Shown: positions 27,401-35,865, counted from the stretch's first letter. The stretch is 64,000 nucleotides of DNA from a candidate division WS6 bacterium GW2011_GWF2_39_15 (GCA_000993565.1 LBWK01000001.1:198409-262408), one strand, 5' to 3'. Notes: generated by a model not told the origin, from the letters alone. Made by a program: numbers and translations.

Positions 27401-29891
27401 AAGATATAAGATAGTCCTTTGTCAAAATGTGGATATGACAATCGGCTGCCAGACTTTTAATCAGACGCTTTCACAAACAGGATGGAGCGGACAAAATGCA
27501 GAAGGTAACACTGCGTATTCATCAGGCACTCAGGCGACATATACTCTGCAATCCGATCTCAAAGCCGGTGGAACCTACTACTGGAAATCTTATGCCATTG
27601 ACCCGGGAGGTAGGAATGATTGGGGATATTCGCAAACTTCTCCGTACCATTTTGGAATAAACTCGAAACCACGGTCTACAAATTCCAATGAAGTTCAATC
27701 ATTCATAGCTCGAAGGGAAAGCTCATTCCCAAGTCTTAGTACAGGATGGACAAGCATTACAGGCTCTGCCGAGAGCGGTACAACAGCCTCTTCTAACGGT
27801 TGGATTGCAGGCACCAACTTTACAGTAGGAGATCAATACCTTTTAATGGTGTGGGGGGAGCATCAGGCAGACAACGTAGGATCTCAGAGCGGAATCCGTG
27901 TTACCCACGGAGGAACACCTTTCTCAGAATCTGAAACTGTCGAACAATCAGATCAAACAGATTCGTCTCATAAAACACCATACTACTGGTTTACAGTCTG
28001 GACAGCGACAAACGAAGCAGTGGAAACGGAAGTTTATTGGAGCGGAACGAGTGGAAGCGAAGCCCGAGTTGAGGATGTGACACTTGTAGCTCTAAATGTA
28101 ACTGATCTCATAGACAATAACTATTTTAAATACAATATCTCCAACACAGGTGGAACTCTAAACACTAGCTATGCACAGAAAGCCCATTTATCTTTTTCAC
28201 CTTCAAATAATAATGATCTTTGGTGGATAATGGGATATTCAAAAGCTGACGTTGTTTCAACAGCAGGTTCCAAATATCAAGCACAGCTAAATATTGATGG
28301 TCAGAATCTTTCTCATCAGGTTATTAAAGGGGTAAATGCCTCAGATACTCCTCTTTATGGACTTGGTCATGTTGCTGAGTTAACAACAGACACTCATATT
28401 ATAGACCTGGAATTAAAAGAATCTTTGGCTGACCAAGAGTGGGACAGTGCTGGAGTCTTTGCACTCAATCTTTCATATTTTGATTCCTATCTAGGTACAA
28501 CGAAAACAGGAACAGGAACTTCGATGTCCACACCATCAAATTGGGTCGGGCAAACCAGTATAGATCCAATAAGCCAATATCAGGGTCGTTATATTATCGC
28601 TGGTGGAGGTGTCGTTGCAGATGCAGGAGGCAGAGTCATCGGCCGTATCCAAAATAGTGGATCAAATATAACCGATGATGCAGGAGGATGGAGCCATGAC
28701 AATGCGGATTATCAGCCGCTTACACTAGGAGATGTTCAAAATGCTTATACAATTGGGTTAAAATCTCTAACACTTGATACTCAAACAACACAGGTTGGGA
28801 CCTCATGGGTAGAGGACGCATGGATGGTAGGATTCTCGCTGGAGAAAAACGGAAACGGACCACAACTAAATCTTCCGGCAGATAATGCTACAAATCAAAG
28901 TGTTCGCACTCAGTTAAAACTCACAGCTATTGACCCAAATAACGATACATTAAAATACAAAATTGAACTCTGCCAAAATGAGGCTATGACACTCAGCTGT
29001 CAAACTTTCGACCAAACAGCAACGCAAACGGGTTGGAGTGGTCAGAATGCCGCAAGTTTCACCCGATATACATCGGGTACACAAGCTACTTACACCCTTC
29101 AAACTGATCTAGCTGTTAATACAGAGTATTTCTGGAGAGGATATGCAAAAGATCTTGACGGGACCAACACCTTTAGTAGTCCAAGCTCAATCTTTTCTTT
29201 TACAACAACAGTTTCGCCAAATGCTCCAACTTCAATTGAAATCGAGGGCACAGCTTCCCCTCAAGAAGTGACCGACACGACCCCGGAATTCAGTGCCATT
29301 CATACAGATACAAATAGTGACGCTGCTAACTATTATGAGGTGGAGGTAAATACACTGCCGACATTCGCCGGGACTATCAAATGGGATTCAGGTAAAACGG
29401 CAATGACATCAACGCCAAGTACTAATAGATCCCCTCTAATTACATATGCGGGATCATCACTATCAGTAGACGGAAGTACATACTATCTTAGGATAAGATT
29501 CTGGGATACAAACGAAGCCGTAAGCCCATGGTCGGCAACTTCTTCCTTTAGAATGGACGCTCTCGAAATCCCGCTTGCTTGTCGCATAATCGACAGCGAT
29601 TCTACAGATACAACGATCCAAATACTATGGACGGATACAAACACAGTAGAAGATGGATATAAAATACAACGAAGCGTAAATGGAGGAGCTTTCGGTGACC
29701 TAATCTCTAAACCAGCAGATTCAACAAGCCATTCAGACTCAATTTCAGCGGGAAACACATATAGATACAGGATAGCTGCAACTCTCTCACCGTTTACAGG
29801 ATCATGGTGTACAACCTCAACCGCAGATGTTCATCAGGGAAGTATGCAGATAAACGGTAACTTCCAGATAGGAGGGATAACCTTCAAATAA
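21447..29891 (+). CDS. Giant (2814 aa) surface protein: N-terminal signal anchor, four LamG/ConA-like modules, a Gly-rich beta-helix-like tract, two Cys-pair FN3-like repeats, C-terminal FN3-like domains
   Basis: Four repeats of the pattern LWHFDE/LWHLDE...G...NG... ending in DEVRISN (Laminin_G_3-type); Gly-rich 985-1250 aa; duplicated 120-aa module with YYW/YFW and CQN...C; uninterrupted 8.4 kb ORF. Confidence 0.85.
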   Translation: MMEDNLLKKKQFKSALIKLFFALLVLIPILTYSLYTAYTNPKPRIVTTPESSNYMFEAQNSVYKAKLGQKGTGIPIIQFQTNKGKSIEFAYVSESQSGQIQTETKNRSILFNNVEQMIDLEYIMLENGVKENIILREKVDKTTFYFKTNTHDLVIKKHYTEAAPSFYDENGSYLFNIEKGYAVDALGKRTENVQIDLVKDPDGQPYIRVRIDPKWLNSPSRRYPVRIDPTLVHDTTSEFSEGQFNRIKDTGSGSSPILQTYYQPPNSDLSTVGLWHFDEPSGNVLDSSGYSQTGTPTGTTVDTSSILGNARIFNGTSDYITVNDTSELRAVGAITIEVWIKSTGSNDYSGIVYKRVGNNGYQMGLNTNGGVRADLYNGSTWATVTNSTNVEDGQWHHVATTYDGISALIYVDGKPGNPLQATSYVTSSAANLLIGNDSGAANRFFNGEIDEVRISNRARSAEEIKLDAQKRPYSTFTSNVLDLADVISWNSLSWSELGVNTGGGETLKDSSNVVAHWKLNETSGTSANNDAEGTSCGGTPGNCDGTLIGVDSTTSQDSDLDSSWTANNRRWGEGALQLDGVNSYVEVADNNAISFGNGVTDTPFSICSWINPISATSFIIAAKQSVTADIREFTFSLRAEEDLSLILFDDNGANQIEKVSNIKFAQDEGQWVYVCSTYDGSGSVNGIKLYRNGIQLQTFSDNAGTYTAMSNTAQKLFLGWNGTGGTTYAKGMMDSTYMYQRELSASEILSNYNTGNINIQTRVGTDSTQDDGSWEEWKPNSSETAIESMDLSSKWSVPNTNENILLNDSNEADVGDGADGALSPSGTFNLNTSTSGSRTYADGIAYQIASNPTGNSIVTVDTPNGIAAGDEILLINLRGSTTDFRDAGNYEFLEVQSVNSGTKTITTTNPIQKPYGGNTFSNQKVAIQRVPNYTSVTLDSTDSITSSAWDAFATTPTGSAGYQTGIVAFRANGTVTIGTGTTISTNYLGYLGGNTTTIGGKGGEAYCGDGGAGSNTEGVPGSAGAAGGGGYGGTGVLNPTGNAGGAGSCGGGGGGGRGGNAGSGSTTRGGAGGGGGYKDNAAGQTGAGGGAGYGNPGTGGGGYGASGGTGGFDVSGNGGTDGGGGGGGGTYGDYQLNRIYLGAGGGMGGSNGGTGSGVGGKGGGIIFISANTLTNSGSITSNGQNGSNGSTSFKAPGGGGAGGSIFIRAMSVTLGTNGATAAGGSGGTLYERVAGNGGKGRIKLVAQSLTGTSDPQATINQISSSNVKQEGSSSISIKSGQLNVDSFTTSLWHLDETGGNGAYLKDSTNNSNHLTPTGTVPEKGISQKSRDLNGTSDFMSISSPTGLPSGSSARTIELWVKPDNTNPGGALVHWGDGTGGGQEFALQLGTISGTCYLFSDGINGTNNITISGAEIPANGRWSHIAFTKDLGSNWKYYLNGTLTKSGSFAVTINTSTPNILNIGERTDVASNNFPGLMDEIRISNIERTAREVAEDYRAGRDHYLNLNLNSANLNTQSTLPFYIAADKPGTYLESIVGESAYANNLTDGNTLGLWHLEEQSGAGAFLKDSSGNENNGTPTSLTMATGKIGKARSFVAGTNYINLGSPSAYGGLTAFTIEAWIYPTSVSGQHRIFDRGSSGSPNVLLLYQESAAIRLLVNNTDLVTTSDVLTVNQWYHVVAVYTGSGGEKAIYVNGVKVATGTSTQSSVTAGSLATWIGCPSWGTCSTYVFNGIIDEVRLSNVARSSESIRQAYEINRRSHNITIDFGAALHFSNLITSSSDTSFTIDATYYGLQNKGSNLYLGDKIIVQENYDGTVYTAQGTVSSVNTSTGAVLVSGWENGSTFPPTAGFSSNASVFKWQREYWPLQNVSQDSHIDTTSVFTLRFTDGSEGRNVWIDDLKSSGEYLTTPTGSAIASSVENRYIQYKALLISGDYNTSPSLSTVELDWDSNSLPGVPTLDTPTNLSVGNILKPALKTTATDADLDYLRYKIVLCQNVDMTIGCQTFNQTLSQTGWSGQNAEGNTAYSSGTQATYTLQSDLKAGGTYYWKSYAIDPGGRNDWGYSQTSPYHFGINSKPRSTNSNEVQSFIARRESSFPSLSTGWTSITGSAESGTTASSNGWIAGTNFTVGDQYLLMVWGEHQADNVGSQSGIRVTHGGTPFSESETVEQSDQTDSSHKTPYYWFTVWTATNEAVETEVYWSGTSGSEARVEDVTLVALNVTDLIDNNYFKYNISNTGGTLNTSYAQKAHLSFSPSNNNDLWWIMGYSKADVVSTAGSKYQAQLNIDGQNLSHQVIKGVNASDTPLYGLGHVAELTTDTHIIDLELKESLADQEWDSAGVFALNLSYFDSYLGTTKTGTGTSMSTPSNWVGQTSIDPISQYQGRYIIAGGGVVADAGGRVIGRIQNSGSNITDDAGGWSHDNADYQPLTLGDVQNAYTIGLKSLTLDTQTTQVGTSWVEDAWMVGFSLEKNGNGPQLNLPADNATNQSVRTQLKLTAIDPNNDTLKYKIELCQNEAMTLSCQTFDQTATQTGWSGQNAASFTRYTSGTQATYTLQTDLAVNTEYFWRGYAKDLDGTNTFSSPSSIFSFTTTVSPNAPTSIEIEGTASPQEVTDTTPEFSAIHTDTNSDAANYYEVEVNTLPTFAGTIKWDSGKTAMTSTPSTNRSPLITYAGSSLSVDGSTYYLRIRFWDTNEAVSPWSATSSFRMDALEIPLACRIIDSDSTDTTIQILWTDTNTVEDGYKIQRSVNGGAFGDLISKPADSTSHSDSISAGNTYRYRIAATLSPFTGSWCTTSTADVHQGSMQINGNFQIGGITFK
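24400..25200 (+). repeat. Low-complexity GGN-codon tract encoding the Gly-rich segment
   Basis: Runs of ggtggtggtgga / ggaggagga; this is what generates the spurious Pro-, Arg/Trp- and Ser/Thr-rich shadow ORFs on other frames. Confidence 0.6.
27300..27660 (+). repeat. Internal duplicated module, copy 1 (FN3-like with conserved Cys pair)
   Basis: About 50% aa identity to copy 2: DYLRYKIVLCQNVDMTIGCQTF...TGWSGQNA...SGTQATYTLQSDL...YYWKSYAIDPGG. Confidence 0.5.
28850..29210 (+). repeat. Internal duplicated module, copy 2
   Basis: DTLKYKIELCQNEAMTLSCQTF...TGWSGQNA...SGTQATYTLQTDL...YFWRGYAKDLDG. Confidence 0.5.
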
Positions 29892-29949
29892 TACCGAAAT
29901 GCTAATGTAATTTACAATTATACGTTTTTTTACTATAGTACTGCCTATA

Positions 29950-30681
29950 ATGAGCTTAAAAGTCGATTCGTTTAAAAAACTAAGAAAAGAGAAAAACAAG
30001 TGGAAGACAGAATCCTGGGAAGAATATGAGGAGAGAGAAAAGGCCTTTCTAAAAGATCGACTTCTTAGCAAAGAACCTACAATCAAGGGACAGGTAAGGA
30101 TTACAGCAGGCAAAGCTAAAAATGTCCAGATTGATATCCCAAGGAACACAAGACCACTTACCGACAGAATGAAGGTTAGAACTTTTGATATTCTCAATAC
30201 AGATATTGCTAACAAAACAATTCTGGATCTCTACGCCGGATCAGGAAGCTTTGGACTTGAAGCAATTTCACGGGGTGCAAAATCCGCTACATTTGTTGAT
30301 GCATCAAAACATGCCGCTAAAATACTCCAAGAGAATGCAAACAAAACCGGATTTGCATCAGTATCAGAAGTAATCAAGATGAAAGTGGAAGAATATCTTT
30401 TCAAAAAAACTACGGAAAAGACCTCTTCCTACGATATTATTTTCTTGGACCCTCCATATAAACATTTCAATACTAAAAAGCTTTTTAAAATGCAGGAGAT
30501 TATAAACTCGGCATCAAAACTCCTCCCGGCTGTAAGAAAGGAAAAAGGACGTTTTAAAGGTGCCGTTATTATCAAACATCCGAGGCGATATCCTAAAGAG
30601 AAATTAGAATTAGATAATTTAAAGCTTTTTGATACTTTTGATTTTGGATTAAACAGTATTTCCCTATATATTGTTAAATGA
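29950..30681 (+). CDS. rsmD: RsmD-family rRNA (guanine-N2)-methyltransferase with a Lys/Glu-rich N-terminal extension
   Basis: RPLTDRMKVRTFDIL, DLYAGSGSFGLEA, DIIFLDPPY. Confidence 0.7.
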   Translation: MSLKVDSFKKLRKEKNKWKTESWEEYEEREKAFLKDRLLSKEPTIKGQVRITAGKAKNVQIDIPRNTRPLTDRMKVRTFDILNTDIANKTILDLYAGSGSFGLEAISRGAKSATFVDASKHAAKILQENANKTGFASVSEVIKMKVEEYLFKKTTEKTSSYDIIFLDPPYKHFNTKKLFKMQEIINSASKLLPAVRKEKGRFKGAVIIKHPRRYPKEKLELDNLKLFDTFDFGLNSISLYIVK

Positions 30682-31099
30682 AAGTATGAGTAATTGGAGG
30701 CTGTTCAAAATAACCGTCCGGGGAAGTTTTTTTATAGTATACTTCTGGTTTGGGCTACTTAAAGTTCTGTATGTAAGCTCCGCATATAGTATGGTCTCCG
30801 ATCTATTACTAGGGATATTTCCAACCGCAAATCCTGATATTTTTATATTCTACTTCGGTCTTGTTGAGATGTTTATTGGTCTTATGTTTTTATTTCCAAA
30901 GTTTACCAAAGTAGCCACATTTCTTACTACCATCCATCTTATTTCCTGCTTCCTACCTTTTATAGTAGTTCCGGATCTAGTATGGAAGTCTTTTGGCGTG
31001 TTAACACAAGAGGGACAATATATAGTTAAGAATGTATTCATTATTGCCGGACTAATAGGATTGAACCATAATAGCGAAGCTATTCGGAAGGATAAATAG
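30671..31099 (+). CDS. Small polytopic membrane protein (DoxX/YkgB-like topology)
   Basis: Four hydrophobic helices; no motif recognised. Confidence 0.4.
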   Translation: MLNESMSNWRLFKITVRGSFFIVYFWFGLLKVLYVSSAYSMVSDLLLGIFPTANPDIFIFYFGLVEMFIGLMFLFPKFTKVATFLTTIHLISCFLPFIVVPDLVWKSFGVLTQEGQYIVKNVFIIAGLIGLNHNSEAIRKDK

Positions 31100-31670
31100 A
31101 ACTAAAAAGAAATCCTGAGCATTTAAATCCGCTGAATGAGGGATGAAAGTCAAAATGGTACAGTTTTGAAGCATAACCTTTCTTGTTTTCAAACTCTCCT
31201 ACACACTCAAGAGGATAAATACCTGACCAGAAAAGATATCTATTATCAGGTAATAGTTTGTAATATTCATCATATGGTCGGCGAACAATCGAAAGACCTC
31301 TCGAATCAAACTCAACATTGGGCGGAAAATCCGGGATAGAGACTATCAGTTGAACACTGGGGGAAAGATTGCCACCAGACGATTCAAGTAGGGCAATCAC
31401 ACCCTCCTCATAAGATATATAGGCCGTATTACGGTTTAGAGTGAAACTTCTTTGTGCTGGCATATTCTTACAAACTTCCAAAAGCTGAATATATCTGTGA
31501 GTATCAGAGCCCACCCATGCTAATATACTGTCTAATCTGGACACAGCAGCATTTAAATAAACAGTCTCAGGACCAAAATCTATTAAACCCTTAGCCCTTC
31601 CTGCTTGCCAGGCCTCAATTATTTTTTCTTCACCAGAATATTGATAAAACGCATTTTCACTCATGAGCAA
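31080..31670 (-). CDS. Hypothetical protein
   Basis: Long ORF convergent with the membrane protein; no domain recognised. Confidence 0.4.
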   Translation of the reverse strand: MLMSENAFYQYSGEEKIIEAWQAGRAKGLIDFGPETVYLNAAVSRLDSILAWVGSDTHRYIQLLEVCKNMPAQRSFTLNRNTAYISYEEGVIALLESSGGNLSPSVQLIVSIPDFPPNVEFDSRGLSIVRRPYDEYYKLLPDNRYLFWSGIYPLECVGEFENKKGYASKLYHFDFHPSFSGFKCSGFLFSSIYPSE

Positions 31671-31711
31671 GATTATACTATAAGATAGATTTTCCTTCTT
31701 GCACTCCGTAG

Positions 31712-31740
31712 TTGCAAATTAATACCTTTAGCTATAGAAT
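31712..31740 (+). promoter_or_regulatory. Promoter-like TTGCAA, 17 nt, TAGAAT, about 120 nt upstream of thrS
   Basis: Read directly; implies a thrS 5' leader of about 120 nt. Confidence 0.35.
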
Positions 31741-31859
31741 TAGCTACATGTATAGACAAATAGGTAATAGAAAAGAAAAACTTCTTAAAATTGTATTCCC
31801 GACATCCCTGTGATGTTGAACCTTTATATTTCCCAACCTAAATTTTATTTCCCTAACTA

Positions 31860-33635
31860 ATGGCTAATTCAAACGTAAACTTAGAAAACATCCCAGAAAT
31901 AGAAAAGATGCGGCATACAGCCTCTCACATACTTGCTCAAGCTGTACTTAAGTACTACCCAGATGCAAAACTTGGTATTGGACCTGCAATTGATGACGGT
32001 TTCTACTACGATTTCCAGTTCAATGAACCAATTACAGACGAAGACCTCCAGCAGATTGAAAAAGAGATGAAGAGAATCATTGATGCAAACCTTCCCCTTA
32101 CACAATCCTTCATGAAAAGAAAGCAGGCTGAAAAATTTTTTAAGGAAAAAGAACAGAGATTTAAGATTGAACTCCTTAGAGACATTCCGGATAAAGAATT
32201 AAGCTTCTTTACAACCGGTGAGAATCAATTTGTAGATATGTGCCGAGGTCCCCATGTAGAATCAACTGGTAAGGTGGGAGCGGTCAAACTGATGAGCTTG
32301 GCAGGAGCATACTGGAGAGGCAATGAAAAGCAGCCCATGCTAACCCGAATCTATGGACTGGCGTTTAAGACTCCTAAAGAGCTTCGCAAACATATTACGA
32401 TGCTAGAAGAAGCAGAGAAGCGAGACCACAGAGTAGTAGGTAAGAATCTTGGCCTTTTCGTATTCTCCGATCTTGTAGGAAAAGGACTCCCGCTTTGGAC
32501 TGCAAAAGGTGCGACCGTTAGGAGAGAATTGGAGAGATTCATTGTTGATGAGGAACTCAAAAGAGGGTATCAGCATGTATATACTCCGGATATAGCAAAG
32601 ATAGATCTGTATAAAACCTCAGGTCACTACCCATATTATAAAGACTCAATGTATGCACCTATAAAAATTGATGAGGAAGAGTTTATGCTTCGCCCTATGA
32701 CATGTCCTCATCACTTTGAGCTCTACAGATCACAAAAACGAAGCTATAGAGAATTACCTATGAGAATTGCGGAGCTTGCTAAGTTATACCGATATGAAAA
32801 AAGCGGTGAGCTTACCGGGCTCATGCGGGTAAGGAGTTTCTGCCTTGCTGATGCACATATAGTAGCCATGCCAAGTCAGGCCGAGGAAGAGATAAACCAA
32901 GCCCTAGACCTTATAGAATACGCTTCTCAGGTATTTGGTTTAAAAGCTAATGAAGATTACAGGTATCGATTATCTCTGGGAGATAGAAACAACTCTGAGA
33001 AATACTATAAAGATGATGCTGCGTGGGATTTTGCAGAAAATGTATTAAGAGAGGTCCTCAAGAAGCGTGATGTAGAGAGCTATGAAGCTCCGGGAGAGGC
33101 CGCATTTTACGGCCCGAAGATTGATATACAGATGAAGAATACTGTAGGGAAAGAAGATACTGCATTTACAGTACAGTATGACTTTGTAATGCCAAAACGA
33201 TTCGATCTTAAATATGATGACGAAAAAGGTGAGGAGAAAGAGCCTATTGTTATCCACAGATCTTCAATCGGAGCAATAGAAAGAATTATGGCCCTCCTTA
33301 TAGAGAAGTATGCAGGGGCATTTCCTTTATGGTTGGCACCTGTACAGGCAAAGATCCTTCCAATTTCAGATTCTCACAACAAGTACGCTCAGGAGATAAC
33401 TCAAAGGCTTCAGGAGACTGGATTTAGGGTAGTTCTTGATAACAGAAATGAGACCCTGCAGTATAAGATCAGAGACGGAGAAGTAAATAAAGTCCCTTAT
33501 CTGGCAATAGTCGGGGACAAGGAGATAGGAACTCAGACAGTTTCTGTTAGGTCACGTGGAAGCAAAGAGATAGGTCTTATGAAAATAGATGAGTTCATAC
33601 AATCGTTGCAAAAAGAAATTGCTAACAAATCTTAA
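31860..33635 (+). CDS. thrS: Threonyl-tRNA synthetase (no N-terminal TGS domain)
   Basis: Editing-domain motif RHTASHILAQAV; class II core; anticodon-binding C-terminus. Confidence 0.9.
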   Translation: MANSNVNLENIPEIEKMRHTASHILAQAVLKYYPDAKLGIGPAIDDGFYYDFQFNEPITDEDLQQIEKEMKRIIDANLPLTQSFMKRKQAEKFFKEKEQRFKIELLRDIPDKELSFFTTGENQFVDMCRGPHVESTGKVGAVKLMSLAGAYWRGNEKQPMLTRIYGLAFKTPKELRKHITMLEEAEKRDHRVVGKNLGLFVFSDLVGKGLPLWTAKGATVRRELERFIVDEELKRGYQHVYTPDIAKIDLYKTSGHYPYYKDSMYAPIKIDEEEFMLRPMTCPHHFELYRSQKRSYRELPMRIAELAKLYRYEKSGELTGLMRVRSFCLADAHIVAMPSQAEEEINQALDLIEYASQVFGLKANEDYRYRLSLGDRNNSEKYYKDDAAWDFAENVLREVLKKRDVESYEAPGEAAFYGPKIDIQMKNTVGKEDTAFTVQYDFVMPKRFDLKYDDEKGEEKEPIVIHRSSIGAIERIMALLIEKYAGAFPLWLAPVQAKILPISDSHNKYAQEITQRLQETGFRVVLDNRNETLQYKIRDGEVNKVPYLAIVGDKEIGTQTVSVRSRGSKEIGLMKIDEFIQSLQKEIANKS

Positions 33636-33661
33636 CTAACTTAATTATTTATATCTAATAC

Positions 33662-34231
33662 ATGGAATTCAAGAGAGATTTTAGAAGCAGTTACGATAGG
33701 AACAGATTTCAGGATAAAAAGAAATTCTTCGGGCCAAGAAAAAATGAATACATTAGAGTACCGCAGGTCATGCTAATAGATGAAAGCGGTAACAACCTTG
33801 GTGTAACAAAAACAGACGAAGCGATCAGGTTAGCACAGGCAAAAGGTTTAGATCTGGTTGAGGTTGGAGCAACAGCTACTCCTCCCGTGTGCAAAATAAT
33901 AGACTTTGCCAAATATATGTACGAACAGAATAAGAAGCAACGAAAGAGCAAAAATAAAAGCAAACCGATGAAAGAGTTTCAGTTCAGTCCTGTCATCGAA
34001 CAAGGTGATATTGACACAAGAGTGAGACGATCAAAGGAATTTCTGGGTAAAGGACACATGGTTAGACTTACAATGGTTCGTAAGGGCCGTCAGACCCATG
34101 AACAGGCGGTACAAGTTTTTAATGGTATATTGACTAATTTCGAAGGCTATAGTACTATTGAGCCCGATAAAAAAGTCGAAGGTAAAACAATATCTATAAC
34201 TTTCAAACCTAATGGCAAGACAAAGGACTAG
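33662..34231 (+). CDS. infC: Translation initiation factor IF-3
   Basis: YIRVPQVMLIDESGNNLGV...; conserved thrS-infC-rpmI-rplT synteny. Confidence 0.85.
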   Translation: MEFKRDFRSSYDRNRFQDKKKFFGPRKNEYIRVPQVMLIDESGNNLGVTKTDEAIRLAQAKGLDLVEVGATATPPVCKIIDFAKYMYEQNKKQRKSKNKSKPMKEFQFSPVIEQGDIDTRVRRSKEFLGKGHMVRLTMVRKGRQTHEQAVQVFNGILTNFEGYSTIEPDKKVEGKTISITFKPNGKTKD

Positions 34232-34424
34232 AAAAACAGCAATAAAGAGAGTCAGAGCGACTAATCCTAAAGGGAATAGGAAAGCAAAATTGATGTACAG
34301 CAAAACAGCCCAACATCATTTAATGACTAAAAGATCTGCTAGAGTGAAGAGAAGAAAGCCTAATAAGGCTGTCGCTTCAAAGAATAATGCCCGAAACTTT
34401 AGAAAAATTATTAAAAACATCTAA
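34212..34424 (+). CDS. rpmI: Ribosomal protein bL35
   Basis: MARQRTRKTAIKRVRATNPKG... aligns to L35; 20-nt overlap with infC. Confidence 0.75.
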   Translation: MARQRTRKTAIKRVRATNPKGNRKAKLMYSKTAQHHLMTKRSARVKRRKPNKAVASKNNARNFRKIIKNI

Positions 34425-34426
34425 CA

Positions 34427-34765
34427 ATGAGAGTATCAACTGGAAAAGTAAGAAGGAGAGCCCACAAAAAGATCCTATCTGCAACTAAGGGATATAGAAT
34501 GACTAAAAACCGATTGTATAAGGTTGCTCACGAAGCATACATGCATGCCGGTCAATACTCATATAACGACAGAAAAAAGAGACTTGGACAGTTAAAGAAC
34601 CTATGGATTAAGAGATTAAACGCAGCCGCACAGGCACACGGACTTAGATACTCTGAGTTCATGGACAAACTCAAAAAAGCAAACATAGTGATTAACAGAA
34701 AGATCCTAGCTGATCTTGCAGTTGATTCACCGGAAGTATTTTCACAGATAGTAAAGTCGTTTTAA
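34427..34765 (+). CDS. rplT: Ribosomal protein bL20
   Basis: MRVSTGKVRRRAHKKIL...WIKRLNAAAQAHGLRYSEFM. Confidence 0.9.
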   Translation: MRVSTGKVRRRAHKKILSATKGYRMTKNRLYKVAHEAYMHAGQYSYNDRKKRLGQLKNLWIKRLNAAAQAHGLRYSEFMDKLKKANIVINRKILADLAVDSPEVFSQIVKSF

Positions 34766-34827
34766 GTTATACAAACAGCTCCTAAATGATGTATACTGAA
34801 ACATCAGAATAGGGGAGGCTAACTATT

Positions 34828-35865
34828 ATGGAGTTTAAAAACCAAGATATAAAAAATACATACGATAAGTTCAATGAAGATACAAACTCTCTGCCTCTAA
34901 AGGAGCTCACCGCTAAATACCTCGGAAGAAACAGCCTCGTAAAAGAACTCCTTGCTAAGATCAAAAACATTCCCGACGACCAGAAAAAAGAGTACGGCCA
35001 GCAAGCAAATGAATTAAGCAGGTATATTGAGGAAAAACTCGAGCAGATAAGCAATACCCCGATTTTTCAGGGAACAAAGGAGTACATTGATCCCACAGCA
35101 CCATTTGATATTAATCAGAACAACAGTTCAGAAGTATATCCTAAGGGGTTAGAAGGAACCAAGAACCCTTTGACTCAGGAAATGGATAGAGTATTGGATA
35201 TATTCAAACAGATGGGTTTTGATATTATAGAATCAAGGCAGCTTGATGATGACTACCATATGTTCGAGACATTAAACATTCCTAAAGGTCACCCGGCCAG
35301 AGATATCTGGGATACCTTTTGGACAGAAGAAGGCCTGATTCCCCCTGCTCACACTTCAACCATGCAAAATAGAGTCATGAAAACAGCAGGACAGCCACCT
35401 GTAAGGTGCGTAATACCGGGTATGTGCTATCGAAATGAAGCCACCGATGCCTCACATGAACATACCCTTTTTCAAATTGAAGGAGTATATGTTGATAAAA
35501 ATATTTCCGTAGGCGATATGCTTGGAACAATTAAAACATATCTTGAAGCATTCTTCCAAACAAAACTTGAAATTAAAGTTCAGCCTGCATACTTCCCATT
35601 CACAGAACCAGATATGGAATTTGTAATATCATGTCCGTTCTGTAAAAAGACCGGATGTAAAGTATGTAAGTATTCCGGATGGATGGAATTAATGGGATGC
35701 GGTGAAATTAATCCCTTTGTACTCAGAGAAGCAGGAATTGACCCAGAAGTATATTCCGGGTTTGCATGGGGTTTCGGATTGGATAGGTTAGTAATGGTAA
35801 AAAATGGAATACAGGATGTAAGAAGGTTTCGAAGCGGTGATCTTAATTTCTTAAAGCAGTTCTAA
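34828..35865 (+). CDS. pheS: Phenylalanyl-tRNA synthetase alpha subunit
   Basis: AYFPFTEPDMEF, GWAFGFGLDRLVM class II motifs. Confidence 0.9.
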   Translation: MEFKNQDIKNTYDKFNEDTNSLPLKELTAKYLGRNSLVKELLAKIKNIPDDQKKEYGQQANELSRYIEEKLEQISNTPIFQGTKEYIDPTAPFDINQNNSSEVYPKGLEGTKNPLTQEMDRVLDIFKQMGFDIIESRQLDDDYHMFETLNIPKGHPARDIWDTFWTEEGLIPPAHTSTMQNRVMKTAGQPPVRCVIPGMCYRNEATDASHEHTLFQIEGVYVDKNISVGDMLGTIKTYLEAFFQTKLEIKVQPAYFPFTEPDMEFVISCPFCKKTGCKVCKYSGWMELMGCGEINPFVLREAGIDPEVYSGFAWGFGLDRLVMVKNGIQDVRRFRSGDLNFLKQF

